Source of the DNA: Auanema rhodensis
Lineage: Eukaryota; Animalia; Nematoda
Assembly: GCA_964057225.1 (NCBI GenBank)
Contig: OZ059896.1
Location: 18,228,001-18,292,000, forward strand
Reading direction: 5' to 3'
Length of the DNA: 64,000 nt
Shown here: positions 26,824 through 41,400 of the stretch, piece after piece
How the letters are laid out: every line of letters begins with the position of its first letter
Numbering within the stretch: the stretch's first letter is position 1
The notes under the pieces: generated by a model
The model's database searches: none
What the model was told of the DNA's origin: nothing
Seen by the model: only the letters and a program-made list of their open reading frames with translations
Position numbers and translations under genes: made by a program

Positions 26824-29800
26824 ATGTCGAAACATCGAGCAATAGCAGTAAATTCATCTACAGTCCTAAATGGGAAAGTTATAGTAAGTTTGAAGTTTTT
26901 AATCTACTAAGTTCTAAGTCTCATTTTCATTGTACCACAAGTCTTCAACATTGACTTTTCCTTCTTTTTTCTTTAATCACAGAAAGTTAATTTGTTAAAG
27001 TTTTGATAATTATGTGTTTCAGTTTAAATATCAATAAAAACTAGTGATTAAGTTGCTTTTTAAAATAATTATTGAAATCATTTTTCTGTTCACATCTAAA
27101 TTAAATCGAAAAAGCATTTTTTTAAATTCTGAAAATGGCGTGTAGATCCTACTCCCCCACACACCCTCACCTTCAATTACAATCTAGCGTTTTGATATTC
27201 TAAAATGTCCATTTATAGAGTTACAATAATAGGCAAAACGGAACACAAGAAATTCATAATGAAAATATTTTTATTATATTTTAAATGAAATTTTTTAGAA
27301 ATTAAATCCATCGCTTGATATTCTATACTTGCTGTTCTCCCTTTAAATTGGAAGGGGGTGAGAAAAGATACGATGAATAAGAGCAACATCTGGTGGTTTC
27401 TCTTATTATTATTTGCAAGATAGTTTTTTCACTTTTTTTTTCTTTTTTTCACAAAAGTCAATAGGGCGATCGGTTTGAGAGGCAATCACAACAAGCGGTA
27501 TCTATCTTCTTCTTTATCTTTTGAAGCACCAGAAGATTCAAAAGCTTATAGTGATTTCCGATGTTCGGAATTAGGAGGAGGCAGCTTCTCGTATTTCGGC
27601 TTTTTTTCAACTTGTAAAACCATCTTTTGATGATTAAGTAAAAGTGCAAATCACTTATCCTTTTGCTTTGAAACAGAATCTCTGCTTCTTACATTCATAT
27701 ATTCAAAATCTTTTTCTTCATTTCACTTTGTCTTTTCATCAGTTCAGTCCAACTATCATTATTCATATTTCAACCAACGTTTTTTTTTTTTTTTTTGAAA
27801 TAATGCCTCATTCACACAAAAACTTGCAGCCTGGAAATTTTCTTTTTAAAATTTACTTACGAACATCTTGATATACTTCCGAGAATCACCAAATACTTTT
27901 TCTACTTTAAAATATTTTCAAAAACTGTTAAGAATGGATGTGAAACGTTTATATAACTATTTGACGTCAATCACACGTATAACTTCATCCCTCTTCTATT
28001 ATATGTTGGCTTTTAAGCCGAATCATCCCTATCATCTTCTTTCCCAGAATATTTCGACGTCTGACCTACTCTTCAGAAATCTTCAAGTGTCTCATTCCGA
28101 TCACCTCGATCGGATTACTCTATTGCACTATCCATTTTGTTCAAAAATTTCTTTACTTTTTCTTAGTTTAAGGTTCAAATTTGAAAATCATTTCTGTTTC
28201 ATATGGTTTTTTTCAAATTATTTTCCGACTAACCTTTAATTTTCACTAAAATAATATTCTAATCAAACTAGTTTGCTTAATATCAAATGATTTTAATGAA
28301 AAATGTTCATGTTAGATGTAAAAATATTTCAACATTTTCTTTAATTTCAGCATATGTCCATGACGATGATTCAAACTCGTACTTTGCAAGCCCTTTTTCA
28401 AGAATCTGAAGAGGTTAGTGTCTAATCATGATTTTTAAAAAAAGAAAAAAGACAAAATGTTTCTCTTTGTTTCAAATTTTGAGTAAATAGATTCTAACGA
28501 TGTTGTTACATCTTGTTCTTTTTGGATGAAATAACATTTCGTAACAAAACACATAATAATTCAAAATTTTGAGATTATCAACAACTACAAGAAAGAGAAA
28601 AAAAGCTGAGAGATATTATACGATGAATAGAATGAGTAGCAATGTCATCGAAAGCTGCTAGAAAGAGTAGAAGATTGAGAGAAAGAAAGAAGAAAAGATG
28701 TACAACCATTTTCCAATTCAACATTCTTCAAATAAATAATGCTCATCCAGATTAACCCACGTGAAACTTTATATTTAAAATAAATTCGGCGCGTAAATTC
28801 ACTTTTGATAAGAAAACATGAGAGATCTTCGATGTGCTCATCATCTCACACAAATAGTCGAATGAAAGTAAAATATTTGCTACTTGATCTATATCTGTAT
28901 GAATTCAACAGATTACCTATCGTATCTCTTGAATCATTTCATTAACATGAGGAGTATATCATACTCTATACATAACTTGATATTTCATAATCAAATCTTA
29001 TTTTATTGAAAAATAATGTTATTTCTTAGAAAATTTTGATGGAAAACCTTGAATATCTGAATGTGAAGCCCAATGTTTATGCAAAACAAAATATGTTTTT
29101 GTAGTTAATGACACTCAATATCCATTAAGGTTATTCGTAATCTTACTGAAGAAGAAATTGAAGAATTCAAAGAAGCTTTTCTATTATTTGATAAAGATGG
29201 TAATGGTACAATATCTACGAAAGAACTGGGCATTGCTATGAGAGCCTTAGGACAAAACCCAACAGAACAAGTTTGAACCTGAATAAGCTTGTGGTCAATA
29301 AACAAGTTTTTTCCAGCAAATTCTTGAGATCATCAATGATGTAGATATAGATGGAAATGGTCAAGTCGAATTCCCTGAATTTTGTGTGATGATGAAAAGG
29401 TTTTGTTGCAACTATAAGCATTTCGTCCCTCAGGAATTTAATGATCATTGTGTTTTTTTGGAAAAATAGAGAGAAAAAAACAACAATATATCTTTGAAAA
29501 TTTGCTTTTTCAGGATTATGAAAGAAACTGACTCAGAGATGATTCGGGAAGCTTTTAGAGTGTTTGACAAAGATGGAAACGGTGTGATAACTGCAAATGA
29601 ATTTAAACACTTTATGGTTAGTTAATCTTATTTTTTCTTTCCAAATAGATAAATAAATATTAAATTCAACTAAATAATTAAGATGAATTCTTCATGAAGT
29701 ATGAGTTTTTCAATACACTCCCCCAATTTTGTGACGAAACTTTGAGCTTTCATTTCGCTTTTCCGAAAAATTATTCTGAAACTTAATCGCAAAAATCTAT

Positions 29801-31340
29801 AACATAATTTCCTTTTGAATTTATTGAAAAGGAAACAATAAATCTGATAGATATGTATACAAAATAAGTAGACCGCCTGACCAGAAAAGATTTAAAAGTT
29901 TGCAATTAACTTCAACCGTCATAATCCTAAAAGATATTTTGTCAATAAACATGAAAAAAATAGTTTAAACGGAAATTGTTCAGATGGTAAATTATTTGCA
30001 AATCAACTTGTATATTCATCTACGATTTCCAAACATTAAAATACATATATCTATGTCAATTGTGAAAGAATATGTTTAAATTTTCATCAAAACAATTATT
30101 GTTTAAAACTAAAATTTTCAAAAATTTATTTTTATTTGCATGAACCACATGTGAAAAATCAGAAAATATATACATGTAAACCATATTTGCTTTACTTTTT
30201 AATAGACGAATCATTTAATCTTGAAGGTGTGTTGCGTATTAAACAACTGGCAGATATTTTTTTCAAAATATTTCCATTTCTGAACTGATCAGAAATCATA
30301 AAATTCTCTCTTTACCGTTGCTTCTTCATGAATTCTATTGGAATGTTTCTGATAAAATACATGATATCATAACAATATTTGATAACAAAAGGATACTTGT
30401 ACAGGTTTCTAATAAGGTTGCCAAAAACCAAAGATTACTTTTTCGTTAAAAAAAATTAGAATAAAAAACTTGAAAGAAGAGAATTCTGAAGATTTTGTTG
30501 TCGTTTTACAAGGTTGAATTGCTTTTTGAGTCTATCTCAACCATTACATCATATACCCGATAATAGATGCTATCAAGTCTTGGGACCACCGTTTGAAAAT
30601 AGCCAGATTATGCTATTCTTGGGGCAAACATGAGATCATTTTCTTCGATTGATAGCACTAGATAACTGGATTATACTCTAAGCATATAAAGATATTTTTG
30701 ATGTAATTCCTTAAATGTATCTTATCAGATAAAATGAAAAAGAAAAAATGAATTTCTTAAATTTTTAGGTTCATATGGGAATGCAATTTAGCGAAGAGGA
30801 AGTTGATGAAATGATGCACGAAGTAGATTGTGATGGTAAGCTAGAAGCTATTTCACTATTTTTTAGAAAATATTTCTGAAAACAAGAAAAAAAATAGAAT
30901 AGAAATTACTATAAAGTACAGAGAAGATTATATGTTTTACATCAAATACCGTTTATTATTTGAATTTATTCACTTAGTTTGCTCTTTATATTATAGATGA
31001 AAATAGCTTTATACATAATAAATATGTTTTAGAGATAAATACAATATGTATATGAGTTTTGATTCTCATCTCTCCCTCAGTTTTGAATATTAGAATTCTA
31101 AAAAAAATGTTTTTTTTTCTCTCAACATACTGAATACTACACTTATATTATGCAGCACAGACGAATACATTATGGCTTTTTTATCGTTTCTTTCAAGAAT
31201 TACAAACTTGCTGCCAAGTTATGTCGACATACTTGCTGAATTCTCAATTTTTGATTTTGAAGTTAATCAATATTGTTTCAGGAAACGGTGAAATTGACTA
31301 CGAAGAATTCGTGAAAATGATGACTGGAGAAGCCCGTTAA
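26824..31340 (+). CDS. cal-3: Calmodulin-like protein with 4 EF-hands (cal-3 type)
   Basis: Exons 26824-26883 (probable; MSKHRAIAV, gtaagt donor), 28351-28413, and exons starting near 29130, 29317, 29514, 30769 and 31282 (to 31340). EF loops [64 protein letters not shown] and [16 protein letters not shown] fit cal-3 rather than cmd-1, from memory. Confidence 0.85.
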
Positions 31341-34300
31341 CATGACAATCCCGCTTTCCATTGTCTAAGAAGTTGTGTTAATTTTCATTTTTCTCTTCAT
31401 CCCTCCAGTTTCTCTTTATATATATACATATATATATATATATTATATGTAATTATTTATACATATTCGTGTTCATCTAGTCTTAACTTCTTTAATAAGT
31501 AATAAAAGAAAGGTTTCATCGGGTTTTCAATTGAGCATTAGAGCTTAAAACCTCATTTTTATAACTTTGTGTGTCTATGCTGCAATTGTTTTTATAAATA
31601 AAGTTTTCATTTGATATTGATGATTCTACTTGCCAGAAGATGATCTTCATTTGATGTTTGATCTTGAAAAACAGCTAAAAAGTTTCTTTGTTGACAAAAA
31701 CTTGGTATGTGATGAAATGTTTCTATAAGATTCTTTGAATATTATAAAATAATAAGCCATCACTGATATCTCTCGAGATTAAAAATCTTTATTTTTCTTC
31801 TCAAACATAGACTTTCAATAGCTCAACAATGCAACACATATTTCCTTTTTCTTCTGCTTCATCGTTTTCATCTATTACTTCTCCTCCTACTCTTTCTCAT
31901 CCTCCTCCTCCTACTCCTCCGCCTTCTCCCTCTTTCTTACTTCTATTTCATCGTCAGCGCCGTCTTCCTTTTTTGAGCTCCTACATTTTTTCGCATTTGC
32001 ACACAAACAACATGAAAAGCTTCGTTTTCTCAATCTATCGCTTCACTTGCCTTTTCCAAGCACACACTTTTGTCCGTTTTTGGTAATCCAGGAATTTCTA
32101 CACGTCAAGAATCGTCTTATACGACATGTTTTAATACTTTTCTCCATGTTTTCTACTTCGATTTCGAGCTATCTCGAGTTGCTTTTCTTTTTTTTGCTAT
32201 TTCCTACTGATATATTGTAGTATTTGAGAACAATTTCACTTAAAAGTAATTGAAATGCTATCATATAGAACCAAATAAATTAATGGTGCAAATCTTGATC
32301 GATATTCTGATTGACAAGTGCAAAATGAAATTTCATGAAAAAATCTGCTTTCCGCCCGAGGCCAGGTGTGGAATATTATCTGCGCTTTTCCATTTAAATC
32401 TCCCCTTTTCGAAAGTTTCTCTTCTTCTTTCTCTTATATTACTCTCTCTTCATGCATCGCTTCTTATACATACTCTCTCTCCCTCTTTCTCTTTCTAGCA
32501 CTCTCTTTCTCTCTCAATGCATGCTATATATTATTCTCTCGTTCTTCCTCTCTACTAGTTCTCCCTTTCCGCCCTTCACTCCCGACAGAAAATTTCTAAG
32601 TCTTAATGGGAGTAGACAGCTGTGTCGCCATTCTCTGTTTCTCTTCATACTCCAAATATAACATGATATTTCATTCCACACATTAAATGGATAGCAAATG
32701 TTGGCATTGTCATCCACAAACAACTAGGAACATACATAGCCAATTTAGGCTTTATCTTTGTTTTCTTTCAGTTTGAGCACTTTGCTTTGTAATTTTACGT
32801 TCTAATGTTAATGCTCTTTGTTGTTTTCCTTGAAATCTCTTGATTCTCAAAAGTATCTTTCACTGTCTGCTTCGCAGAAACTATCTCTATAAGTGCGATG
32901 ATCATTTTCTCGTGCTTAACAGACCTTTAAAACACTATAAGTATCATTAGAGCATATTTTTTACGTATGTGCTCAGGAATTGTATTACATCAACTACCCA
33001 GCTGTAAAGGTTGTCTAGAGAATCATCTGCCTTCTCAACGTTCTTACTCTTCTCTTGAACATTTTGTTCTTATGATATTATCTCTGTATTATTGGATGAA
33101 TTAGACCTACCTCAATTCACATATTACATGATCCAGATGAATTTATAACCTCCGCAGTAATAGAATTGTTAGTAGACACAAGCTGCTGCATGCCAGTCAT
33201 TCAGTCAGCCAGCAGGGGTCACTGGTACCCCCCGCCGCTGCCGTCGTCCATATCATATGGACATATTGATCAGCACAGCTATTGCTGAACCACGAACTAA
33301 GCGAATATGCTTGTTCTTTTATTCCTTTTTCAATCAATATCCATTATTATGTTTTTTCTTCCAATTGTATGTATTGCTGTGTCATAATGCTAGTTGTCAG
33401 ATCGATGACAGAAATCTCAATGTCTTCTTCTCGAAATACAGCAGAATATGCAAAGGATGTGGGCCAACGCGGTTCATCATCGCTGGATCATCATGTTCAC
33501 AGTCAGGTCTTCTTTATCGGTCTGCTCACCTATCAGAATGTTGAAGATTTGAATATCTTCTATACAAATGTTCAATCAAGTTGTTGATTTATTTTATCCA
33601 ATTCTTGAATATTCGTTCTGTTCTTTTATCTTCTCAAAAACTTTCATATTTACTTAAAGCTACAAGTATTCGTCTTGCTCTCCACGTCTCTGCTGAAAGA
33701 TAAAATGATATTCTATACACGTTCGCATTTTCTTTTTCTTGTTGTCTTCTCGATGAAGCCAGCCCTATTTACATTCTTTGATTATCTTTAACATTTCACT
33801 GATTGTGTTATACGGCCTCAATGTTTCCTAATTCTTTTTGCCTTTTTCTTTTCATTATTTATGTTCTTTTTTTCGAATGGAAATTGATACCAAACGCATT
33901 ATGTTATTATTTGCTCATTTATTTCTTACCGCGCCTTTTCACGTACGCTGAAAAAATTATTGCGTATTTCCTTTTTACTAATTGTAACGCCCACTACCGG
34001 TTATTTTATGTTGGCATTGCCAATGATTTATTTTAATTTTTGTTTTACTTCTTTGCTCTTACTTAGTCATCTAATATCCTTACTTACGAGCTCTTATGTC
34101 GTTAAGGTCGGGTTGTTTAGCCTTGTTAAGTAACTCAAGAGCATGATTACTCGATTGTCTCGCCTTATTTGATTCTGCACCAAATTTCGCGCAGACACAA
34201 CTTACTTTTCTCCTCTATATCTAATAACTGCCACTCTTCTTTCCAGACATCTATGTCTTTTATGGACGTTTGCATTTCTTACTTCTGTTTGCTTTAAAGC

Positions 34301-35494
34301 ATGCTTCAAAGTTTTGTGAAATTATTTTCTTCTTCTTGTCTTTCAATCATTTTGTTTCTTTAAGCAATATTTTCTGGAAATTTTTTTTTCAATTTTGCCA
34401 CTTCTCGCAGTTGTTAAATCTAGAGATGAAAGCGCATTTGCACGATTATCTTTTCAAACTTTCAATAGTTCTGGTTTTCTCATAGTTTTTTTTATTCTAT
34501 TTTCTTTCCATAAATATAACATTGTATCTTTCAGGATTTCACTTTAACAGAAGCTAAGCTTGTAATCTAGGCAGGATATGGGAGTTTGGTCGATACTAGC
34601 TCGCACAATTCATTAAATCTACCAGAAATCAGAGGTTCCTTTTCATCATTCTCACTCAACTCACATTCTTATTTTTGATAGCATATACAGCTTTTCTTAG
34701 AAAAAAACATGTTTTATGAGTTTATACCATTTTTAAAAAGCAGTGAAAACTGATAGGACAATATCGAAACAGTATATTTCATCATTTTCTTTGCCAACGG
34801 CATTGTTAGGGACGACTTATAATATTGATTGATCTGGTGTTTTTGTTTGATTCAGATAAAAAGAAACGGTACCTACTAGGACTCAATATTCCTCTTGGTC
34901 GTGTCTGTTTTTCCTTTTTATAGAATTTCATACTTTTTTCGTTTCACACATCATGTATTTCACAGCTAAATATCATTTCACCGATGACTAAAAGTACTAG
35001 TTATGTTAATTCATAACTGATTTTTCAAATTGTTTATATATTTTTCAAATAGTTTAATTGTTATTTTCTGCTCTGTTGTGTCTCTAAACAATCAACGTGT
35101 CGTGACTATTATTTGGCACATTTACGTGCTGTTGTCAAACTGTATATCATCAACATGTTTGATATCTCAATGAAAATTATATCCATCTATCTATGTATGT
35201 GTAATGGATATTAATCAATTACGATCTTGCTTTTCCCGTTTCTTTACTCTTAATTAAATTATATCTCGATCATCGATCGTAACTATGATTCATAGCTGCT
35301 GCTTGTACGCGTCAATCCCAGAAATACTACCATTCCTTGTTCCTCAGTCGGTTAGACTTTTTAAATTTCGAATATAATGTTCGCGTTTATTTTGGTCGGT
35401 GTTCTAAGGACAGTAACTGAATTTATTTGCTTTACTTTCACCTATAGATGAATCATCGATTATCATGAAGGTTTCGTATACTTTTTATTTCAGA

Positions 35495-38400
35495 ATGTCA
35501 ACTACAAACGTTGCTTGTACAACTAAAACAAGTACTCTAAATGATTGGCGAGGAAAAACTAGTGCCAGCAGAGTTTATGCAGGAAATGGATACGAAATAT
35601 CCGATGACTTGCAACGCCGTAAGATTGAGGTATGTTGTTTTTGCATTTGATTTCGTGTTCATTGCTCCCCCTTTTCTAACATCTTCCAACTCGAACCAAA
35701 TTTCCTAGTCACTGTCGTAGTCTTCCCATTGAGTCAGAATATCTGCTGTGTCATTTTTCATCGAAAGCATATGCTTTCTCAAACAAATCTTTATTTTCTT
35801 ATACAACATGATTGCATTTTTGATTCTGCAAGATGGCATTAATCTAAATATATTTTAAATTTTAATCGAAGAGCGTTGTGAACGTTTGAATCTAACATCA
35901 GTTTCTATTACGTATGTGTGGTTTTCAAAAGTCTTGTTGTTACGTTCGAGGAGAGAAGAGAGAAAGTCATTGAAACAGTCCAGATGCTTATCGCGTCTGG
36001 TTCACTTGGTTTTGAATCAGCATATGTAATCGTCTTTCATCACTTGGCTAACTGCTTTTTGGGTAGCATGTCTGCTTCATTCCCTACTCATCTTTCCATT
36101 TCTCCATTTCTCTTTCTCTATCACATGAATCACTAGTTCTTAGCTGTGTCTCGTCACTCCCATATTTAACCTCTTGTTTGTTACATATCCCATATTCTAA
36201 AGCTAATATCTTGCCTTGTATTAGATTTCTATTCCTCGTGGAGCTGTGATCATTTGAGCTTTTCATACTGGTCATATGTCGTGATCTATTTTGTATATAA
36301 TCTTACTGACCAGGCAGCTTAGCTTTAGTTGCAATCTCATCCTTATTCTCACTCAAGCACAATCGGTTTTGGGCTATCCAATTACCTAAAACGAAATAAG
36401 GTATAATTATTACAAGAATAAGATCAATTGAGATGTTGCTACTCGTATTCTTACTCATTGATCCTATTTCATAAATCTGTTCTTTACTGATTTCTATTCT
36501 GTCTATTTTCAACGAATTTTTGCGACGTCTAACTTAACTTTCTGTGTTGACCACTTTTTTCATTTCCAGCAATTGTCGTAGTGAATTAAAAACCAATTTG
36601 CGATTGTTCAGTTTTGTGTACGCTGAACAACTTTATCCTTTGATTGAACTAACCTTTCTATATAAACAACATGAAATGAATACCTATGTTTCGTTTTCTG
36701 TTATCATGATTCGTCTTCTTCTATCGATCTGTCCACTTTTTTACATATAGATAGCTAGGTTTGCTTACAAGTTTATGATACCAGTAGCATATTAAACTAG
36801 TGTGCATGATTATGTATATCAATATGTATTACAATATCATTTCTTGTGACTATAGGCGGCGTAGTTCTCTCTTGTCACTATGTATCATACGCACAATGTA
36901 GTCAATACGATTAGCTCGTCAGCATTAGATTCGAGTGTGATTCAAAATGCTTTCCTTGCATTATTTCAACTTGATTTTCGAAATTTCATATGCATTTACT
37001 CGCTCACATTTCACGTTTGATCTTCATCTGTTATGCTGTATTGTTCTGTTATACAATAAAGTATGGATGGGAGGAACGATATCATCATCACTCACCTGGA
37101 AACTTATTGAAGTTATGATTTTTAATATGCTATTTTAGGTTTTAGAAAAACGATACGGTGGCCGATCAAGGGCTCACAGAGCTGCCATTGTAATACAACG
37201 GGCTTACAGAGAATACCGACTTTCTAAGCGGTGGCAGCAAATGCGGGATCCAGTATTCAGGTGAGAATTCGACATTTTACGACTTTTTCCCTGTTTTTAT
37301 TGCCTTGAATAGTTTGATTCGTTCGTGCTAGTTTCAAACTGAATACAATCAACAACTGAATGAGATCATCTTTCAGAGCCCCTATTGCAGCACCTCCACC
37401 AGCTAATGGGACAGTGGGAAATAGATTGGTTAGAACTCCAACTTCTCTCGTCGTTAGTCCTCATAGGTAAGTCAATATTTTAATTTCTTTTTTCTGTCAA
37501 TAATACGTTAAATCATTGACTCTTTCATTTTCTCCTCTTTGTTTCTTGTCTCGCATTGTCATCTGTCTTTCCTTTTTTTGAACTCAACTTTTTTTAAATG
37601 ATCAACCCAACCGGCATTTTCTTTCTGTCACTGTGATCCGTGTGACATTTCCTGAGCCTCTCCCGCCTTAGTAAAGAACTTGTCACATTTCAAATTATTC
37701 TCGTTTATTCATGTTTGCAAAATCTTGATAATTTTTCAAATAACTTCATTACTATTACTTCTTCAGAATATCAAGTATTCTATGCACCACATACTTGATG
37801 TCGATTTCAATGTTCTTCATTCACATTCACAAGCTGTCCTTTTGCATAAATGGCACGTTTTCTTTTACTCCGTTGCTTTATACTTACTATCGAAATGACT
37901 GAATATGTTGTACCCTCTTCTTCTGCTTCATATCTTTCGATTGAAGCATTTCACTTCAAAACTTTGTCTTTAAAGGAATGAGCTTTGCTAGCATAATCGA
38001 CGTCATTTTTTCAACTTTTTACTCGAAAGTTCTTCAAAATTATTTGCTGCTCGTTGAGGTTCTTATATATCTCTCTAAACAAAGTAAAATTTGTTTAAAG
38101 GCAGATATTAGAGCAGATCATCTTTCTTTTCTGCTATTACTTTCCCATCCCTACCTACCCTTTAGACTGCCAGCTCTGCTGTTCTTTTTCCTATTTTCAC
38201 TGGATTCGCTGATGTTATTCTTAATAACCACCAAAATAGGATAATAAGCAGCAGCAGTATAAGTAGACAGTTAGACATATATCAATGCTGATTTGATCGT
38301 CTGGTTATTTCGCTCGCCTTCTATTTTCTAACTATCGATGTTGATATAAGCAGGACCGGCTGTCGATATGAACCAGCCGACCTTTGACACATAGATTCTG

Positions 38401-41400
38401 TACGGCTCTTCGTCCGTCAATGAATCATTTCGTTGTTGTCACCATCAAAACCACTGTTTCAATTCTCTTTTCTTCTTATTACTACACAACATAGCTAATA
38501 GCAAGTGTATTCTGCTGATTGAGTTAGAATTATATCAATTTAAAAAATGTTGAGAGAACTCATAATATTATGATGTTGTCGTTGCGTTATATTTCGTGTA
38601 CTGGAAGTAATAAAAACTATTTGTTTTATTTTCTAATTATAATAAGATTAACTTCCTCTAATCTAGTATTCTCTTCAAATTAATATTCCATCCTATCTGT
38701 TTACAGTACAAATAATTTGGTTTGTAGTGATTCAAGTTCCAATGTTTTTAGAATATTTTAAAAATAATTGAAAGAAACCTTTGTCATTATTCTTATCCAA
38801 TTTTTGTTAATATTACAGTGTGACTAATTCCATTGAATTAAGTCAATATTCTAAAACTTTTAACTGACATGAGTCAATACGAAACTAGAGACCACAAATG
38901 ATATCATTTCAGGTATAATCCAAGCACCAGCCTGTCTGCCCAGCTCAGAGCTGACAAAAGTATTCGTGCTGGCACTGAAGACCGTGCTCGCAGTCCTCCA
39001 TCTCCATCACCTAACTCATTCCACAATAGGAGTGTCATAGGTATGCGAACAATTTTAAACATTTCGTTATTTCCAGTACTTACTCTCTTTTCTTGAAGTT
39101 TTCTATCCTCATTTCTTTTTCAAGTTCAGCAAGGTTTAAAGATCTATTGATATGTTCGCTTATTTATTTCCTTGTTTGGCATTAGCTTTCTAAAACTGCC
39201 ATTTCTCCTTTTTTATTTATCTCATGTCGGTTAGATTCTCTTTGCATTCATAAAACATGGGCGAGACCTCTCGGTCCTATGATCATGGATGAGAGACAGA
39301 CAATAAAACGGTAATTTGTGCAACGTTATCGACGTCCACTACAGTGGTCGGGAATCGAACTAAAGTGCCCAAACCGGGAGTAATAAATGAGATGTCAGCA
39401 GTTCTAGGCTACGAGAAAACTATGCCTTTCACGGCTTTATATGTTCTTTCCTTTAGATCTTTAACTAAATGTTTTGATGAACCTTTTTAACGTTTGGTTT
39501 TCTACATACCTCATTTAAAATAAGTATTTTGCAAAAAGCAAGTAAATAAGAGTGTATCGTATATATCAGATATACTATATAGGAAGTGCCTCCGATTTTC
39601 ATGTCAATTTACAAGATATTCACACTAAAAGCTTTCCCCTTACCCTTATTCCAGACTTTATATCTTTCCACCACTTCCTCTCTTTTTCCATCATTCACGC
39701 AGCTGGACCATAAGCTTTTGTCGAACAGAATTTGCCGTGTCTTCTGCTGTGAGGTTTTCTTGTCATCGCCGTCACTTCAACTACTCGTTTCGTGCTTCAT
39801 AGTCGTTGTGGTGATTATATGGGATTTGGGACCCCTATTTTCCGCCGGCAACTAAGCTTTCTTAAAAGGAAACGTGTGTCCATGCAGATATAATTACTTA
39901 TTCGTGTGGTCCAAGGTCCTTAAAATAGCCGAGTAAAACAGTGATGGCTGTTTCTCTAAGCCGTTTTACGTAAAGAATCAGTGAGTGCTTCTGATTGTAA
40001 TATTCGCTTTGTTATCTTAAATCAAATTTTTTTCTCTGACTCACGAATAATGATGATAGTTGTTAAACGGTATCAAAAATATCGTTTGCTTGGTATATTT
40101 TGTTTAATTTTTTATTTGTCATTTTGCTCTCATCTTCTGCAATATTCTACTTATCGTTTGCAACTTTTTTCAATATATATCAAAATCCATATGTTCATCA
40201 TGCTCATGTGATTGACATAATGACGATTAGGTGTAATCTGCCAACTGAAGTCGCTTCATATGAATTTTCATAGTAGCATGATGCAGAGAAAGCTATCTTT
40301 GCTGTTACATGAGATGCCCCAATGTTTCAAACAAGATCATGTCAACACCTAAGGACAACGGAAGTACATTACTTGACTCAATCCAATTGACGAAAGTTGT
40401 CGAAGGGCAATTGATGATCTTACCAAAACAGCTTCGATCCGTCTTTTAAATAGCCAGCAATTTTGTCATTTAGCATCCCAGTTCAGTGCGTAGTCGTGTG
40501 TCAATTTACGCCTGTGATCGCCTCCGGTAATTTGTCAATGGCAAGAAGATCCACCCGTTTTATCTTAATCTTTTTTCTCTGTCTTTTCTCATTCATTCTC
40601 TTACTCTCTCTCCTATTAGGAATGATTTTCAAATTCTCTATCAATCTCTTGTTTCTCACTTTATCTGCTTGTCTTTTATTCTCTCAACATCAAATTCTTC
40701 GTTTGCGAGACCATCATTATGATTTGCCCGCTCTGACACAGCTAGCTCTACTTTTCAGCAGTTGCTTTTTCGAGTTGTTAGATTATTTATAACAAGCTGG
40801 TCACAATCCGACCTCGTATTCTTTTTTTTTTTGCAATTCCACTTTGATTTCTAATTCAATTTTTGTTGCAAGTTACTTGAAACCGATTACGATATGAGTT
40901 TTTCGGTGCTTAAATTGATAAATGTCTTCACTTATCTCATTTCCGAATCATATTCAGCTGTCTGGAGCTTTAATTCCGGGCTATCATCTACACTACTAGC
41001 CAGACTAGACATTGACAAAACTAGATTCTTCTTTGCATTAATTTGTTTCTCTCAAAGATAATTCTTACAGACAGTTTGATGTCTCCACGACTTGTACAAC
41101 GTAGGTTTCCACCGGGCAACAATGGAGAAGTTCCGGTAGTTTGGGTTCCTAGAGCATCTCTAGCTGCCCAGAACCAAGCTCATTCTAATAGTCTTCCACG
41201 GTTAGAGAAGCAGTTAGTTAGAGAGTATGATGCCGTCTTTGTGTTCTTTTTGTATTAATGTTAGTCCTATTCTAGTACTATTCGTTTACCCCGTGCAATG
41301 ACAGAACAGGAGCGGAAACGGCAATACCGCATAGCGTTGAACTTCTTCAATAAGTACACCTTATCATCCATCTACTATTTATTTTTTTATTCTTTAGAAA

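Noticed and set aside
39345-39420. GTTCGATTCCC (tRNA B-box-like) on the minus strand
   Set aside because: No T-stem pairing and no cloverleaf.
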